A DNA stretch of 64,000 nt from an uncultured delta proteobacterium. GTDB taxonomy: Bacteria > Myxococcota_A > Polyangia > Polyangiales > Houyiibacteriaceae. The stretch is taken from positions 650,188-714,187 of the forward strand of contig CAVYJZ010000009.1 of assembly GCA_963768985.1 (NCBI GenBank), written 5' to 3'. Made by a program: the position numbers and the translations under genes. Numbering within the stretch: the stretch's first letter is position 1; the number at the start of each line of letters is the position of its first letter. This document shows, piece after piece, positions 60,717 to 64,000 of the stretch. The notes under the pieces were generated by a model. The model saw only the letters and a list, made by a program, of their open reading frames with translations, had not been told where the DNA came from and searched no databases.

Positions 60717-62657
60717 CTCCCGTTCGAAGCCCCCGGACAGGATCGGAAAGCGGCACCAAGTCTTGGGGTCGAGGTTCTTGTCGTCGACATGAAACGACGG
60801 GGCGTAGCGCTCGCGCTTCCATTGATTGCGGGACCAGAGTTGGAAGAAACGCTTCACCCAGGCGCGCAGGGTTTCTTCTCCATGCTCCGAGAACTCGCCT
60901 CGAAGGATCTCCAGACAATCGGCGGGCGGGAGCTTGTCCCCGATCGCCAGACGTTCGATGACGTCGAGCACGGGGTAAGGCATCAGATCGCCTTCGTCGG
61001 TTTGCTCGCTTCCAGGAGGGCGGAGCTCCGCCGTCGGAGTTTGAATGTTGACCGCATGGAGCGCCGGAATCGGGCGCATGCCCACGGGGCCTTCGGTTTC
61101 GAGCCAGCGAAGCCAGTGACGAAGGAAGGCCTTGTCGATCCCAGCGATGGGGCTGAGTCCACCGCAGGTGTCTCCATCCATCGTCGCATATCCCACCGCA
61201 GCCTCGGAGCGATTGCTCGTCGACAGGAGCAAGGCGCCCCGCATGTTGGCGAGCATCCACACGCTTGGACCACGGACGCGGGCTTGGATGTTTTGCAGCG
61301 TGATGTCGTCCTGTTCCCAGGTCAGCGGGCGTCCCACCGCGTTGGCGATCAGATGCTCATATGCCTCGACGATCCGTTGCACGTCCAGGACGTAGAACGT
61401 GGCGCCGATTGCCTCGGCGACGGCGGTCGCCGCGTCGCGTGTGACGTCTCCGCTGTTCTCCGTCGGCTGGTACGCGCAGCATAGGAGCTTTCGAACCCAG
61501 TCGCGGGCGCTCGGTTCGGCATCGAGGCCCAGCTTCTGGGCAAAGCGCTTGTCCCCGAGTGCCTGCAGCGCGCGATCCACCATCAACGCGACCAAGCAGG
61601 CCGTCGCTGCGGAATCCGCCCCGCCGCTGATGCTGAGGACGAATCCATGCGAGTGGCTCTTCCGTAGGTAGTCGAAGAGAGCCAGCGTCATCGCGCGCAG
61701 GAACTCCTCTTCTTTGTGGTGCTCGCTCGCCTCCCAGGACACCTCGGTCGGCTGCGTTCGTTTCATCGCGGCGCGCGGAAATTCGAAATCGACGCTGACT
61801 CGCTTGTCGCCAGGGTCGTTGCTATCGGCAGAGAAGCTGGTGGTTCGCACCTGCTCGGTCTGAGAAGCCTCGACGTCGATCACGGCGGTCGTAAGCACCG
61901 AGTCGTCGAAGGTCAGGCGCGGCGACCGCGCGAGGAGCTTGCCATTCTGGGCGATGTAGCAACCCCCATCGTAGATCACCCGGCCTGCTTCATTGCCGAG
62001 CAGATTGGAATACAAGTAGGTCACTGCCATCGAGCGAGACCCCTCGAGCACCAGGCGTTCGCGCACGGCATGTTTGCCAAACGCAAAGTGACTCGCGCTC
62101 GGATTCAGGATGATGTCCATCGCATAGCCATCGAGCGCGCCCCGCCGTTGCGCGACCCAGGCGTCCTCGCAGATTTCGAACCCGACATTCACACCCGAGA
62201 AATCGAAGAACACGTCGCCAAACGGATAGCGCTGGCCGTTACGCTCGAGGTGCACTACTTGATCGTTCGGCCAGGGCTTGAACCAACGCGGCTCATAGTG
62301 AAGCCCTTCGCCCGCAAGGTGCTCCTTGGCCGCGAAGCCCGCGATGCGACCGTCCGCGGCGACGCATGCCGTGTTGTACAGCCCGCCTCGGCGCCGAACG
62401 GGCATCCCGATGCTCACGACCATGCCCTTGGTTTGGGGCAGGAGCTCCATCAGCATGGACCAGGCGCGGCTCGCGACATCCGGTCCGAGGAACGCATCCT
62501 CGCAGCCATAACCGGTCGTGCAAAGCTCCGGAAGCAGGAGCAAAGTCACGCCGTCGGCTCGTGCTCGTTGAAGCGCGGTCTCGATGCGGTGCTGATTGCC
62601 CACCCAATCGAGCGGGGTCTGATTCAACGACGCTGTCGCGACCTTGATCGGGATCAT
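60702..62657 (-). CDS. nadE: Glutamine-dependent NAD+ synthetase (large, nitrilase-domain fused)
   Basis: 651 aa. N-terminal CN-hydrolase domain (LLLLPELCTTGYGCED) and the synthetase P-loop SISGGADSAA. Confidence 0.9.
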   Translation of the reverse strand: MIPIKVATASLNQTPLDWVGNQHRIETALQRARADGVTLLLLPELCTTGYGCEDAFLGPDVASRAWSMLMELLPQTKGMVVSIGMPVRRRGGLYNTACVAADGRIAGFAAKEHLAGEGLHYEPRWFKPWPNDQVVHLERNGQRYPFGDVFFDFSGVNVGFEICEDAWVAQRRGALDGYAMDIILNPSASHFAFGKHAVRERLVLEGSRSMAVTYLYSNLLGNEAGRVIYDGGCYIAQNGKLLARSPRLTFDDSVLTTAVIDVEASQTEQVRTTSFSADSNDPGDKRVSVDFEFPRAAMKRTQPTEVSWEASEHHKEEEFLRAMTLALFDYLRKSHSHGFVLSISGGADSAATACLVALMVDRALQALGDKRFAQKLGLDAEPSARDWVRKLLCCAYQPTENSGDVTRDAATAVAEAIGATFYVLDVQRIVEAYEHLIANAVGRPLTWEQDDITLQNIQARVRGPSVWMLANMRGALLLSTSNRSEAAVGYATMDGDTCGGLSPIAGIDKAFLRHWLRWLETEGPVGMRPIPALHAVNIQTPTAELRPPGSEQTDEGDLMPYPVLDVIERLAIGDKLPPADCLEILRGEFSEHGEETLRAWVKRFFQLWSRNQWKRERYAPSFHVDDKNLDPKTWCRFPILSGGFERELSEL

Positions 62658-62771
62658 GCGTGATCTCTAGCACTGCTCGGTGTCGGAGAGCCTTCTTGCG
62701 GTTTGACGGAGGCTTCGCACTGGCGTATGGTGATTTCAACCAACGTCAGTTTCTGCCAAGTTGAGTAACGT

Positions 62772-64000
62772 ATGACCTTTCGTCAAGCGCCCCCAAACCT
62801 TGGAAATCAATACGATTCTGACTCCCTCCTGCGAGAATACCTGGAGCGAACCCTCCCGGCGGCGCTCCTCCAGCGTCTCGAGCCCGAGTATCGGGAGCTC
62901 GGGGAGCTCAGCGGTGGGGACTTGTTCCAGTTGTCGTACAGGGACCTCGACAACGAGCCCGTGCACAAGGTCTGGGACCCTTGGGGCAATCGGATCGATC
63001 AGGTCGACGTCACCGAAGTTTGGAAACGCGCTCAGGTCATCTGCGCTGAGCATGGCCTGGTGGCGGCTGGGTACGATTCGGAGCTCGGGCCGCATGCGCG
63101 AACCCATCAGCATGTATTGAACTACCTCGTGCAAGCTTCGCTCGACACGTACAATTGCCCGTTGGCCATGACCGACGGCGCTGCGCGAACCTTGCTCGAC
63201 TCGGGCAATCAAGCGCTCATCGATCATGCGCTGCCGCGTTTGCTGTCGCGCGACCCAGCCAGGATGTGGACCTCCGGGCAATGGATGACGGAACGCATCG
63301 GCGGATCCGATGTCGGTCAGACGGAGACGGTGGCGCGAAGAGACGGTGACGGCTGGCGTCTCCATGGTACGAAGTGGTTCACCTCTGCAACGACCGCGGA
63401 CATGGCGCTCACGCTTGCGAGGCCCGAGGGGAACCCACCGGGCGGCCGCGGCCTGGCGATGTTCTACCTGGAGCTGCGCGACGAGCGCGGCCGCCTGCAG
63501 AACTTGCAGATCAACAGGCTCAAGGACAAGTTCGGAACGCGCAAGCTTCCGACCGCGGAGCTCACCTTGGACGGAGTGGCGGCGGTTCCAGTCGCGGGTC
63601 TCGAAAACGGTGTCCGCAACATCACACCGATGTTGAACATCACCCGTACCTGGAACGCGGTCGGGGCGATTCTCGGGATGCAGCGTGCGGTTGCGCTCAC
63701 TCGTGATTACGCGCGCAAGCGGGAAGCCTTTGGGGATCTTCTCATCGATAAGCCCCTTCACGTGGACACGATGGCGGAGATGATTGCCGAGACGCAGGGA
63801 GCTTTTTTGCTCGCGTTTCGCGTGGTCGAGCTCCTCGGACGCATCGAGTCCGAGGAGGCGAGCGACACGGAGCAACTGCTGAGCCGGCTGCTCACCCCAA
63901 TCGGCAAGCTCACCACCGGAAAGCAGGCCGTCACAGTCGCCTCTGAAGCGCTGGAGGCGTTTGGCGGTGCAGGCTACGTCAACGATACCGGCCTTCCGAG
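62772..64000 (+). CDS. AidB-like acyl-CoA dehydrogenase family protein (3' end outside the window)
   Basis: My own translation from the ATG at 62772: [25 protein letters not shown]...[48 protein letters not shown]...[16 protein letters not shown]. The frame is open to the window end, so it is absent from the ORF track. The track ORF 62736..63875 (-) is its antisense shadow. Confidence 0.8.
   Translation, partial: MTFRQAPPNLGNQYDSDSLLREYLERTLPAALLQRLEPEYRELGELSGGDLFQLSYRDLDNEPVHKVWDPWGNRIDQVDVTEVWKRAQVICAEHGLVAAGYDSELGPHARTHQHVLNYLVQASLDTYNCPLAMTDGAARTLLDSGNQALIDHALPRLLSRDPARMWTSGQWMTERIGGSDVGQTETVARRDGDGWRLHGTKWFTSATTADMALTLARPEGNPPGGRGLAMFYLELRDERGRLQNLQINRLKDKFGTRKLPTAELTLDGVAAVPVAGLENGVRNITPMLNITRTWNAVGAILGMQRAVALTRDYARKREAFGDLLIDKPLHVDTMAEMIAETQGAFLLAFRVVELLGRIESEEASDTEQLLSRLLTPIGKLTTGKQAVTVASEALEAFGGAGYVNDTGLP

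Noticed and set aside
62736-63875. 379-aa minus-strand ORF at the right edge
   Set aside because: It is antisense to an AidB-like ACAD that reads cleanly on the plus strand from 62772 to the window end. The track omits that gene only because it has no stop in the window.

Overview
High-GC, gene-dense chromosomal segment of about 65 protein-coding genes. Many adjacent genes have ATGA/GTGA start-stop overlaps. The source is probably a Myxococcota-like bacterium: one exported enzyme ends in a MYXO-CTERM-type sorting tail, and several lipoproteins carry Gly/Ser or D-A-G-T low-complexity linkers. I saw no rRNA, tRNA, CRISPR array, transposase or integrase. The ORF track contains many long Arg/Pro/Gly-rich ORFs in alternative frames or antisense to real genes; these are high-GC artefacts and were not called. 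One real gene at the right edge (62772..64000, +) is missing from the track because it has no stop in the window.

Main content:
- A complete nine-gene V/A-type ATPase operon (38229..46423, minus strand) in the Thermus-like order G/H-I-K-E-C-F-A-B-D.
- Housekeeping genes: pdxJ, an infA-like gene, malic enzyme, kup, menB, amt, msrA, nadE, and a sirtuin next to a Pat-type GNAT.
- Many acyl-CoA/lipid genes: SCPx-type thiolase with a DUF35 partner, SCP2, a paired ACAD, an AidB-like ACAD, a GMC oxidoreductase with an acyltransferase, and an SDR/conserved protein/sulfotransferase trio.

Most interesting observations:
1. A fused HgcA-HgcB-like corrinoid/ferredoxin membrane protein whose GTG start overlaps the stop of a class I SAM methyltransferase.
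2. A 19-bp motif present twice (18/19 identical), upstream of a PaaX-like regulator operon and upstream of the DUF35-thiolase operon 15 kb away.
3. An orphan promoter + hairpin + intrinsic-terminator unit (candidate sRNA of about 110 nt) in the only sizeable gene-poor stretch, next to a decayed radical-SAM/SPASM remnant and an RRM-type RNA-binding protein gene.
4. A four-gene translationally coupled operon of unknown pathway: FAD dehydrogenase, TPP enzyme, exported DUF442 phosphatase-like protein, DJ-1.
5. An adjacent ACAD pair in which the upstream copy lacks the catalytic Glu and the GSD motif.

All family assignments come from motif recognition by eye. No database search was run.
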